From positions 29,326,001 through 29,390,000 of the forward strand of contig CM074517.1 of assembly GCA_037379345.1 (NCBI GenBank): DNA of 64,000 nucleotides. The letters are read 5' to 3'. This DNA comes from Perna viridis. Taxonomy: Eukaryota. Under the pieces are notes generated by a model, which did no database searches, was not told the origin of the DNA, and saw nothing but the letters and a program-made list of their open reading frames with translations. Made by a program: the position numbers and the translations under genes. Positions 52,348 through 64,000 of the stretch are shown in pieces (position 1 is the stretch's first letter; every line of letters begins with the position of its first letter).

Positions 52348-55300
52348 CAGAACATACTCCCTTTTTTCCACATTTCATTGTAAATTACATAAGGGTGCTT
52401 CTTTTTTCCCTGTTTTTTTTCATTATTCATTTGTAAATGGTCAACCATCATTTTTTCATTAGTTTTCTTTATGAGAAATGGAGTTATTGTTCTTGATTAG
52501 AGGGTACTAACAGGTTCAACAATGTCACATTGGGAGCCAAGAGTTACTTTTGTTTTGCTTTCCATAAACAATAAAATATATATATTTTTTTTACCAATGA
52601 AATATCTTTGAATATGAACTTAATTATTGATTTTTGTGTATCAATTTTCATTTTTTTATTGATTAATCAGTTAGCCAACTTTTCTAATGAAATGTCAAGT
52701 GCTGGTTTAGAGAGGTTTTTTTTAGAAATGCAATCAGTTTGAAATAAGGTATCTCATTAAGTGTTTGTTCTATATGAAAGACTATTTTCCACATCAAATG
52801 TGCTTGTAGTATATTGTGTTCATTGAAATTTAAGAAGTGCAGCTCTGCCTTAAAATCAGGCAGAAGCTTATTACAAATGATTCATGCATTTCTTAATCCC
52901 AAATATATATTTAAACAGTTTCATTGATTATCTTGAGATATGAAGAATCATCCCTCCCTGGTTTTTAAGCAGAACCATACTTAAAAACAACTGAATTTTT
53001 TCCTGTCAATTATTGCTCAGTATTTGTGATTACATGGTTAATACCCTTGCTAGTTTTCATTTCATTTTTCGCAACTACTTTGTGGCTTTTTTTGTCTTGA
53101 AATAGTTTAATTTGTGTCTGAATTATCTTTACAAGTAGGTTCAGTTTTGCATTTATATAGATGTGTTTTTTGTTTTTTGGTTTTTTTTGAAAGGTTAATA
53201 TTTTTGTGTGTGTTTATGTGTTTATGTAGTCATTTGTTTATTTAGTTATGTCAATAAGATGATAATGATAGAAAAATGAAATGCCAAATGTTTCTTTTCC
53301 TGTGTAAATATGATGAAATAGATCCAGTAAAATAATTGAATATTAAGTTAACGTATCAAGACTCAAAAATTTATCTGAGTATGCTTGTGCATAACGATAC
53401 CAAACTCATTGTATTTATTTATTTATGTGCATCATTTAGTGCTGTCTGTGAAACTATCAAATTTTGTTAATTTTGCTTCTATTCATGGGTTTATTTTTAT
53501 TCTAACCATGTACAGTTGATAAAACGATATATTTTTCCAGTATTTATTGGGCATTTTAAATGACATTGTACTAAGAACATGACAGTTATGAGGAGACGGC
53601 ACCGTAACAGCTTTTAAGAACATTATTAGGATATGATGCTTATTTTCAATTCATGTTCTTTCGCTTCTTTTGTGCTGTTGATTGCTCAAACTTTTTTGCA
53701 TGTTAGAGTTTATTTTATATAATTATATTTGCTTTTAATGAAAAAGTACAAGATTTGTTCACACCAGAAATGCTGTAGTTTAAAATCTAGATCATGGAAT
53801 GTAATTTTATGCAGTCATATTTATTCGCAGAACATTAATTTTTTTTTTACCAGCAGTAATGGTACAAGATTCAGCTTTTATACCTATAGCATGTTGAACA
53901 CTGGTATTGGTACATTTACTTTCTTTTGTTCCTTGTGTAAATAGTCTGAGGGTGGCTTTCTATATTCTTGCTCTCTCAGATAGAGTTATAAAGGTTTTTT
54001 TAATATATTTTCTTCTAATTTGCTCTTCAGGCTAGTTTCGTATTTGACAAACATTTTCTGTGAATCACTATTTTTGTTTAAAAAAATTGTAGGAGTTAAT
54101 GGACTTTGTTAGATTATTGGAATTAGGGGACTTTGTTCAACTGTAGAAGTTAAGGGACTTTGTTTCACTCACTGATGTGTGAATATAGAGCTACTGAATT
54201 CCTTTTGTGATAATTAACATTTCCTCCCATTGGAGCATTATATAAATTAATAAGAGCCAGTGATTGTTATCTGCTGAAATTTTAAAATCTTATATAGAGT
54301 TTCAGTTCTCAACTATATGCAGTAGATAAATAAATTGTAAAAAAAAGAAGAGAAAAAGTTGATTAAAACACCTGGTCACTACTTTTGACAATTAGCATCT
54401 GGCTGCAAGATCTGTTAAACCTAGTCATAGCTTCTGTATCAGTTCAGTTAAATCTAAATGAACTTGTAATCTGTAAAATTACTTTTAACTTGCTCAGATG
54501 GTCAGGTGTTTAAAAAATATTAGCATCACTTATTCCTGCAGGTGGTTTCTGTTCCAGTGTTCAGGACCTGCTATCGTTCATTGTACATGACTGGCAGTAG
54601 CATCACCACAGTTTTCTGCAGTTATAAATCTTCTGTTGGGTCCAGAAAATTCCTCTTTTGATCTCATATATTCTTTGGTGAAATTTCTTAAATAGATTTT
54701 AACACTTTTATACTAGGTGTCAAATTCCAAAACCATATGTAAGGATATAAGCATGTTTGCTATGAAATATTACTTTTTTTTTCTGAGTTCACCTATGTAT
54801 GTGTGCATGTGTGATTTTCCATTCCAGAAACATGAAGGCAGCTTTGTTGGAAAAATTTCAATAGAGTGTTTCAATCATAACTTTATTCAATCATTGCATG
54901 TGCTAAGAACTGTTCCTAGTAATTATATATGATTAACTTAAGTTTTTGTTTACATATGTTAACAAGCCAATATTTACCCATGAGAATCACAGGATAAGCA
55001 TATGGCTATCATATGTTGATTATCATATGTGGCACATTTGGCTGTTTATAGTATTCTGTATAATATTAACCTTTGTATAAAGACCTCCAACCATCAGATG
55101 TGACCATAAATTTTATTCTCTATTGAAAGGTCACTTAGTACAGGTTTGACTGTATTTAGAAAATAAGGACATTAAGTAAAATTTTATGAATCAATTTATT
55201 TTCCTTCTAGTCGGGTTTGAATGTACATTAAACATGTGACATGAAGTAAACTTGAAAATTTATTGATTTTTCTTCCTATCATAACTGTTGCATGGGATTT

Positions 55301-56460
55301 GGTGGTGTAAATATACTTCAACAGTTATTGTGTTTGCAATTCTAGGTGTGAAAACAAATGCTGTTTTTTTTTTTTTTTTTTTTGTTTACCAAGGAAATTT
55401 GTAAAGGTGATAAATTTCAAACAAAGAAATTGTTAGTAATTTTGTTTTTTGTTTTTGAACAATAATGATTTTTTATGGGGTACTTTTTATTAGGGTATTT
55501 CATACATTGCAATTTACATTATAAACGAGTACAACTATAAAGGTTATGAATTATGATGAAATGTTACATTTTCATGAAATATGATCTCTCAATGGTGAAA
55601 AGTTTAAATCTCAAATTTTGTACTGTTTTTTTTTGTTTTTTTTCAAAATCATTTGGTCACAGACATATCCTATGTATAGAATTTATAAAAACTTTAATTT
55701 TGCAATGTATTGTTTCAGTTTATGCAATTCATTTGATGAAACTATACAATACAGGGTTCAGAATGTTTTCAGGTATTTTGAAACGGACCAAGTAAGTTTG
55801 TCGTCATTTATTAGTATTTTGTCTGTGCGACAAAGAGTGTGATATGTATGTCAGTTTTGAACATCTCATCATTAATGGTTTTGTTTATCAGCCATGTCAC
55901 TGTCAATTTGAAGCTCCTTTGTCATTGGAAACTGCCAATACTTTTATGGTTTCAGAATGAGGTAGAAAATATCAGGCAATAATAACAATGGAAAAACAAT
56001 AAAGTAGACAATAATTTTTTATTACTAGGACACCATGCCTGTTACACTGTGATTTCTGTGATTTTGGTCAGTTATGTTACTTTTAATTCTTTTTAATTTA
56101 ACCAAGAGAATGTTTTGGTTTTTGGGGTTTTTTTTTCCCTCCAAAATTTACATTTTTAGAGAAGAAAAAATCAGTTGACACTTGTCACTTAATTACTGGT
56201 AGACTTTTCAAATAGCTTTTGAGCTGTAATTTTTCATCTGGTGGGGTTGTTGTCTCTTTGACATATTCACCATATCCATTTTCATTATATTACAATAACC
56301 CCTAAAAACTTATAAAGATCACCTTATATTGATAGAGATCTTTATCTTAATAATTTTGCACATTTTACCCTATTGTTTTCATTGTATACTATTCCAAACT
56401 CACTATCCAGGGTATGATTATATAAGCTATGTCCTACATTTGTTAAGTTAATAAATCCTG
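52348..56460 (+). other. IVNS1ABP: Probable long 3' UTR of IVNS1ABP
   Basis: U-rich, almost free of recognisable transposons unlike flanking introns; AATAAA near 52570, 54329, 55998 and near 56450, the last followed by GT-rich sequence; true end unknown. Confidence 0.45.
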
Positions 56461-56464
56461 TTTA

Positions 56465-57030
56465 AATTTACCTGTGTTCATCTTTTTGTGCCAGTTACCT
56501 GTGTTCATTTTTTTGTGTCAGTTACCCGTGTTCATTTTTTGTGTCCATTTTTCGTGTCGGTTACCTGTGTGTTGTTTGTGGTGCCTGTTCCTCATGTTCA
56601 TGAGGCAAGTAACATAATATGTAAATCTGTTGTACAAGACACTCATTTTCATCACTAACCTGTGTTCAGTTTTGTAGAAAGTTACATGTGCAGATCTTTT
56701 GTATAAGTTACTGGTGTTCATTTTTTTGTGAAAATAACCAGGCCTCAACTTTGGAGGAACTTACCTCTGATCTATGCCAGTTACACAGGTTCATCAATTA
56801 GGCAAGTTGTATTTGTAGATCTTTAGTACCAGTTCCACATGTTCCTCCTTTAGGCAGGTTGCATGTGAAGATCATTAGTACTAGTTCCATATGTTCATCC
56901 ACTGGGCAAGTTACATGTGAAGGTAATTGTTACCAGTCACACATGTTCATCCATTGGGAAAGTTACATGTGTAGATCATCAGTACTAGTTACCATTTGTT
57001 CATTTTATGTGCCAGTTACATGTGTTATTC
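56465..57030. repeat. Degenerate minisatellite built on GTTAC(C/A)TGTGTTCAT
   Basis: Motif recurs every ~28-40 bp. Confidence 0.7.
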
Positions 57031-57500
57031 TGTTGTGGAAGCACAGCACCATTATTGATTGATATGGCTAACATTCTCAACTTTTATGGAACATTTTGCC
57101 ATTTATGGATATCACTACTTCATACCATGATCAACAACATGTTACCATGGTAACTTATGAATCAACTTCGATCACCTTTTAATTTACTTCACAGTTGACT
57201 GTAATGTTGAATTTTATTTTGATTGGTTATGTCGCCTCTTAAAGAACAAAACCTTGATCCCCTGGGTATCCTGGTCACTTTATACATGTAGTGTAAATCT
57301 GAAACTATGCTGCACAATCATTACAGAAGTGTTGTACGGTTCAGGGGCCATTGGCCAATTTAAAAGAATAACAACAGAACCTGGTAGCAACTCCCATGAA
57401 ACAGAAATCGCTGGTTTTTTTTCCGAAACAATGCTTACCTTATCGTACCCCTACAAATTACAGAGCTTTATTTGTTAACTAACTTTTCTTCAAATCAATA

Positions 57501-57650
57501 NNNNNNNNNNNNNNNNNNNNNNNNNNNNNNNNNNNNNNNNNNNNNNNNNNNNNNNNNNNNNNNNNNNNNNNNNNNNNNNNNNNNNNNNNNNNNNNNNNNN
57601 NNNNNNNNNNNNNNNNNNNNNNNNNNNNNNNNNNNNNNNNNNNNNNNNNN
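57501..57650. other. Assembly gap (150 N)
   Basis: Run of N; contiguity across it is not guaranteed. Confidence 1.
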
Positions 57651-57775
57651 GTATGGCTTCTCTCCGGGAGTAAAGCGGGGTATTTTGTACTTTTCAAATG
57701 CTAGAACATTGCATTTAAATATAACCCAAGAACTACTTTGTTTAAGTCCGAGAGAAAAGCTTTTATAGAAGCATC

Positions 57776-57822
57776 TTGCATTCTTTTTATTGCCGCTAGA
57801 ATTTTGATTCCCTTGATTACTC
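57776..57822 (+). mobile_element. Penelope-like extreme 3' terminus, shortly after the assembly gap
   Basis: TTGCATTCTTTTTATTGCCGCTAGAATTTTGATTCCCTTGATTACTC matches the ends of the other copies. Confidence 0.65.
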
Positions 57823-58107
57823 ATTCAACAGATCCTGTATATATAAAAAGACATACAAAAGATCAGAGGCTGATTACAACACTAAAACATAATTAATAAT
57901 CTATTATACGGATGTGTTGTCTGAATTGTAGTAAACACAGTTTTGCACATCTATGTGATCGTTGCGACTATAATTGAAAATGTCACCGTCTAAAGCCTGG
58001 TTTGTTTATAAAAAGGCGTTAAACTTTGAACTGGCATACACAGGCAGGACAAGATATGTGCTAAATTATCTTACGTTGAAATTCGCAGACCCTGGAAAAA
58101 AGCAACA

Positions 58108-58225
58108 CACCTACCGGTGCACCTGGTCCATACTCCCACTCTTTAGTGGAGTCCGAGTTGCTCATTTGTTTTTGTTGCTTTGTACGTGATTTTTTTTTGT
58201 CATTTCATGTTCTTTGTTATGTTTG
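58108..58225 (+). mobile_element. Penelope-like 3' UTR fragment
   Basis: CTACCGGTGCACCTGGTCCAT...GTGGAGTCCGAGTTGCTCAT matches 60304-60358. Confidence 0.75.
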
Positions 58226-59257
58226 TAATTTGTGAACTTGCTGCATAAGAAAGAGCGTGTAGTGCATGACAAATCTCCACTTAAATGGTGGAATGAAAAC
58301 TCTGCAAAATACCCTGAGCATTCTTTCAGTCTTGGCCCGTCAGTATTTGAGCATTCCAGGAACTTCCATTACGTCTGAACGAATACTAGTAGTTACGAAA
58401 TTAAGAAATCGGCTGTGTTCGATAATATTATTTTCTTGAACAAAACATATATTTCGGATACTAAAACTGCCATATGTAAACAAAATCTACCGGTTAACCG
58501 GTTAACCGATCGACAGTTCTTACCTTTAACCGATTATTAACTTCAGATGATTTTGACAACACTAGTAAAAAGTAATAGAATTCACAGTATTAAATTGAAT
58601 ATTTACACCAGTATTGAACGCAATATTGCTATACCAGAAAAAAAAATTACGAACACCTTGTGCACTGCATTCAGGCACCACTGTTAAGCGAAAGAAATGA
58701 TCGTGAACAGATCGGTATGGTCCATACTGTAACTGGTTTTGAATATACAAAAAGACAATTGCCTATGGAAAGAAGGACAAAGTTCTTGGTGGTTTCACAG
58801 GGGCTTGCTCCCATTATCAAACATGCTGCACCACTAGTATTTATAACTAACCTATATACTAGTGGGGCTGCGTATTAAATTTTGAAAGTGGGACCAAGCC
58901 CCTGTGGTGGTTTTGATATTAATGAATTGAAGACCTGGGTGAGTTATTTTCATCGTTGTCTCCCCTCGCCGTTCCCCTTTATTTAAAAATCGCCTTAAAC
59001 CACTCACTGGATTATCAATTTGATCACCAACATTTTTAGGGTATCTAGGCTAGAAACCACTACTTCCACTTCCCATAGGCTTCTATGCAAATTTCACAAT
59101 ATTCAATGGCTTCTCTGGACTTTACCTTAACTTTAACCTGCAGAGGACTATATATCAGCATGATTCTACATGTGTCAGCTCACAATCCTCAGAATGGCAT
59201 GTGGGGTTAGCAGACTTGCAGTGCAGTACTGGTCACCGGAAGTGAAGTGTCTATAAA

Positions 59258-59659
59258 TAGCATGGGAAGTCCCAGTGTTATCGTAAGATAGGGGTATATT
59301 TAGAAATCATTATGGAGATTAGGCTCCACATCACAAGAAGCAAAATGCACCTATAAAATGTACAGAAATGTTTTTCCTTTCAGAAACTGTTTAAATTTTT
59401 GAAATAAGATGAGAACTCTTTTCACAGCACTATGAGGAACAGGGGTAATTTCTGCGTAGGACTATTTTTGCGTACGTTCCAAATGCTCATTGGTTGAATT
59501 GGTGGTCTGTAACCTCTACTCAGTTGAAAATTGTTCAGATTAGGCGTATTTAATATGACCGTCATTGCTATTTTTTATCACATGGGTGAAGTCACCAGTT
59601 TCAACCGATATATCTCAGAACCTGAGGTACAGGAAAATAAATGGGACTTCCTACGTTTA
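59258..59659. mobile_element. ~400 bp MITE
   Basis: Imperfect TIR AGCATGGGAAGTCCCA / TGGGACTTCCTACGTT. Confidence 0.5.
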
Positions 59660-59764
59660 GCTAAAAAAACTCTACAATGTAGAGCTGGTTTTTTTTTATT
59701 ATTTGGTTGAGGTTGTATGACGACTTCTTATTGGAGTTATTGCCCTTGGAAGATCAAACATGAA

Positions 59765-60498
59765 GATGACGTATTATCTTTAAACAATCATAACATCGGG
59801 TATTTGATACATTGCTTCTACCCCAAAGAACTTGAGATAAAGGATACTACAGACACTGTGAAGTCAGCCTAATATCTTGATCTTGGTAAAAGAAAACTAT
59901 TGACCAAACTTTACGACAAACGTGATGACTTTTCATTCAAAATTGTCAACTTTCCTTTCATCTGTGGCAACATCACTTTAGCACCTGCGTATGGAGTGTT
60001 CATATCACAACACATACGTTACGCCAGAGCTTGCCGAAACTGCGCAGACTTTTTGTATCGCGCTAGAACTCTAATAAATAGGCTTCTGGAGCAGGGTTGT
60101 GTTGCTACAAGATTGAAGTCATCACTACAAAATTTTTATGGTCGTCATCATGAACTCGTGTATCGTTATGGTGTATCTATCTGCACCGTGAAAACTGATT
60201 TATTCAACGGGTCATAGTTTTCCTTTCCTCGTTTGTCTACCCCGGACTTGACTTTTTATGAGCAACTCGGCGGGTGTTTCTAAACAAGCAGAGGACGCTT
60301 GCCCTACCGGTGCACCTGGTCCATGCTCCCAGGTTTTAGTGGAGTTCGAGTTGCTCATTTGCTTTTGTTACTTTGTATGTATGGTTTTCATTACTTTGTG
60401 TTCTTTGTTGTGTATGTCTGTTTTCCATGTCTGGTCTTTGTCCCTGGATTGCATTCTGTTGATCATCGCTATAACCTTGGTTCCCTTGATTACTTTTT
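59765..60498 (+). mobile_element. 5'-truncated Penelope-like retroelement, Naiad-type (RT C-terminus plus 3' UTR)
   Basis: One frame from 59765 reads DDVLSLNN...YPKELEIKDTTD...SA*YLDL...KLYDKRDDF...PAYGVFISQ..RYARAC...FYGRHHELV, ending with no C-terminal GIY-YIG domain; 8-bp TSD AACATGAA (59757-59764, 60499-60506). Confidence 0.85.
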
Positions 60499-60650
60499 AA
60501 CATGAATGAAAAAGTAATTAAAAAGAAACTGTGAATTATTGAAATAGTCTTCATTTGGTTCACGTTGTGACTTCTTATTAGAGTTATTGCCCTTATGATA
60601 CCAAAATTGACGAATTTCGTGGAGGTTTACGAAGAAAAGTCTGTCGATAG

Positions 60651-61053
60651 TTAAGTAGCAGTCTTTGTAATATTCATACAAATTCTGTAAAATGTGATAC
60701 ACATAAAAAGTCTACATATTTTTTTTGTTAGTTTTGGTATTAAGTTGCTTTATAGGTCTATATGATGAAATGTATAAGACATTCCAATCTGCCTGCACTT
60801 AGAAGATAATCCACATGAAAAATCCAATAGTTTCTATCGTATTTTAGTGTCATTTACAGAGTTATCTCCCTTAATTTTGAATTCTACAGTACATTCTATA
60901 TGATTTTTATATCCTATGAACAAGGGTTATATGAAAAGCCACATGTTCTTTTCTGTTTACTATGAAATTTTAAACAAAATATCAAAAATAAAATATGTAG
61001 GCTTTCCAACCATGAATCACATTTGCATGATTCTCACGTGGGCAGCTACTTAA
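60651..61053 (+). mobile_element. TTAA-bounded MITE family D, 403 bp
   Basis: Termini TTAAGTAGCAG / CAGCTACTTAA; 60739-61053 is colinear with positions 2-322. Confidence 0.8.
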
Positions 61054-63352
61054 ATGAAATAATCCTTATAATTAGGACTACAAAAGCTAGTCTCAATTTT
61101 GACGAAGTTGTATGACGACTCTTGGTTAGAGTAACTGTCCTTAAATGGGGAAAATGTCGGTTTTTTTTGCAGTTTAGACAATAATAGATAGACAGTTGAC
61201 GAATTGCTTCTTTGGACTTGTGTAGGCAAAAGTCTGCATTGGTTGTAGGATACATTGATTTTGAATCTTTTTGTTGAAACTTGATAATAAACCTTATTGT
61301 AACCAGAGCGCTGCACGACCACCTGAAACTACTCGACTGAAATCTGAATACAGGGGCTTGCTCATAGTTGGGCTGCATATTTGATAGCAGGCGCAAGCCC
61401 ATGTGATTAGCCTTACAAAATATTCACCTGAGTTGTGGTATGTAAAGACTCCTGTGATGAGTTACTGTGCCCTTGAAAGGTATGAAATAGCTATTTTTGC
61501 ATTTTTAGACCTGTGCATTTCAGTTACTGGAATTCTTTTTAATACATATTTCATAAGACGAAGAAATTAGCTCCAGATACGCGATGCGGAATTTTAGTAG
61601 TCATATACAGGACTAATTCCACCATCCTTGACATGCGCGTTTACGACCAAGCTGCAATATTTGACGTCCGTTATCGATCTGTTCACGATTATTTCTCTCA
61701 CTAGAAATTAACGGGAATAAATATATCGATTCCATATTAATCGTAGTTGGAAAACTGTTTATAGTACAATTGATAAAATGCTACAATACTGTTGTACTCC
61801 TAAATATTACCACTATATGGGCTCAATAGTCCATCTTAGTGTAGGGCAATTAAAATGTGTAGTTATCAAAAGCTTGCAAAGGCTCGTAATTTTACTTTTC
61901 CTTGAAGGTCATTTCGCTTGAAGACTTAGTTCACTTTTAACGTCACAGAGTTACTACCGACAACGCCGCCGTCGTTTCCCATCCGTCAGCACAGACAGAC
62001 GTGTATTTCTGCGCTCAAGCATTTATCGACTTCTAACGTCCATAGAATATTGAATTTAGTTCGGGATTCGGGTGAGAATTTGGTTAGGTTATTGTTTATC
62101 AGCAAAACGATAATTGATCTTTGATTGTTCTGTCTTTTCAAATAATTGTTATATATTTTCATTATAGTTGTATCGAATGCTAAATGGACCTAATAATTAT
62201 CAAAGTTAACAACGCACGAAAAAAGTGATATAGCCGGAGACATGAGCATACTATCGGTAGTGCTTTGAAATTGCATTTCGTTCCTACCAAACGCTTCTTA
62301 AACATACTACTTGTTTCTTGTTGGCAGTTTCAGAAATGATACGAACAGGGAGACAAAGGAGGAGTTTCAATATCATAAGAAGAGGTCCACTGTTTGCGAA
62401 TGAATTCCACTACTCATTAGATGCTTGGCAATTATCTAGGGATGCCATGTTGGAGGCCAGGCATAAGAAACAAGGAAAAGTTGGTAAAAAAGGTAAGAGA
62501 TGAAGTAGTTCAGTGTATGAAAATGAGAAATGAAAAAAAAACAGTGTTTATCCTTCTGTTCCAAGACAATTCTTGTTTTTGAGTTTTCCATCATTGCCCA
62601 AGATTTTGCAATTTATCTTCACGCTGATGTTGTAATTTTGAGAAATATAACAATATTTGCATTTATACATGTAGCAGAGAAGAATCATTCAAGTTTTCGG
62701 AGTTACTCTCACAAGAGGGGCCAATCATCACTATTTCCACAGTGGCTTTCATCGTTCATGAGTCCATAAAATAAACTACTGGTTATTCAGAAATTTTTGC
62801 GGTGTTTTTATTAATGCAAAACAAAAAAATGCAGTGGCTTGACGATCTCGCATTCTACCCGAGTGTCGTTGATTTATTTTTCTTTGACAATTCTTAGGGC
62901 ACCGCTAAGTGCAATTTTACAACGATTTCAAATACCGTTACAATATTTACTGCAAACACGGAAAATTCGTGATTTTGTATTCTTCAAAGTTGCAAATCCT
63001 GAAAATAAATGCAAGCGAAAATTATTTGTGTTTTTCATTTCACAGGTAATTTATGTTTTACTATCGCTATTACTATTGAATATTCACTTTCAGCAAAAAA
63101 TGATTCTATCACAAACGATGGAAGAAAAGAATTTGAAGCTCCAAAGAATGACTCGATACACGAGGTTTGTACAGAAATGTTTGCTTCTTAAGTACTAGTA
63201 AGCGAGGTATTGCCGTAAATTGAAAAGTGCAAAGCATATTTGTTTAACGTTTGTAGTGACTCGAATGTTAACATATATTAAATCATGTCCACGCAGCGGC
63301 AGACCTCCGTTCCCGTTTCGGCGCCAGCATTAGTATTTCTCCTACTTCGAAA

Positions 63353-63750
63353 TACCCGTGCAGGTCCGGGTGTCAAAAGAATGGGTCTGCAGCATGCTGG
63401 GGTGATCAGGCTATAATATGGAAAACCTGACCGCAAACCATAGTGGTGCACCGTGTTGGGAAAGATGCCACGTTCCTCGCACGTTAAAAAAAAAAAACCT
63501 ACTGTGGCATTCTCCCGGAGTAGGAACCATAGGGCTCCGCCACAGGAGGCTAAATTGCTCGACCCTACCCACCTCTCCCTATTTCCAATGGCAATCAAAA
63601 TTTGTCGACCCCATTATCCTTGTGTCCCATCCCATTTTTCATTTCATCATCATTTCATGTTCATTTTATCATCTACTTCATGTTCATCGCCTGAATGTAG
63701 CTGAAATATTGCTGCTCGGGTGCTAAACCCAAACAAACAAACAAAACAAA
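63353..63750 (+). mobile_element. SINE-like family A, copy 3, with internal deletion
   Basis: 12-bp TSD CCTACTTCGAAA (63341-63352, 63751-63762); (CAAA)n tail. Confidence 0.9.
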
Positions 63751-64000
63751 CCTACTTCGAAAAGTGGTAGTGGGTGTCCGTCCTTCCATACGCAGAGATG
63801 TACCATGCCTTCATCGGTCACTCCTCATACTCTGCCGAATGGAGTTTAATGAAACTTGTTTTTAACTACCAGATGTATGTACTATAGGCATCTGTCTAAG
63901 CAAAATTCTTAATTACAGGACTTTTGTCTGTCATGAATAATGTTCCAGTATTCTTTGCCAGGGCCAGATCAAGACACTTTGAAAAGGGGGTGCCAGTCGA

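Noticed and set aside
60258-60358. SECIS element or selenoprotein-coding Naiad
   Set aside because: AUGAG pairs Watson-Crick with CUCAU rather than forming the GA/GA quartet, and the only in-frame stop in the RT remnant is TAA (59869-59871), not TGA.

Overview
AT-rich, intron-rich animal genomic DNA; the repeat families look like those of a bivalve, probably a mytilid mussel (inference from recognition of repeat families, not a database result). There are two spliced protein-coding genes in head-to-head orientation. (1) DHX16/Prp2, a DEAH-box splicing helicase, on the - strand: 10 coding exons from the ATG at 12285 down to 355 (547 codons, phases consistent); the gene continues past the window start. 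(2) IVNS1ABP/NS1-BP, a BTB-BACK-Kelch protein, on the + strand: 10 coding exons from 35324 to 52347 (2025 nt, 674 aa), with a probable long 5' intron and a probable ~4 kb 3' UTR. Introns and intergenic DNA hold a 2-kb minisatellite, an L2/CR1-type LINE remnant, six fragments of a Penelope-like (Naiad-type) element, three TSD-bounded copies of a non-tRNA SINE-like element with a strongly base-paired head, Helentron-type non-autonomous elements and several MITE families, often nested. There is a 150-N assembly gap at 57501-57650. No clearly new protein-coding system is evident. The best leads are two structured-RNA candidates carried by retroelements, the DHX16-IVNS1ABP divergent pair, a minisatellite grown out of a DHX16 splice donor, and an unassigned spliced ORF near 62 kb.
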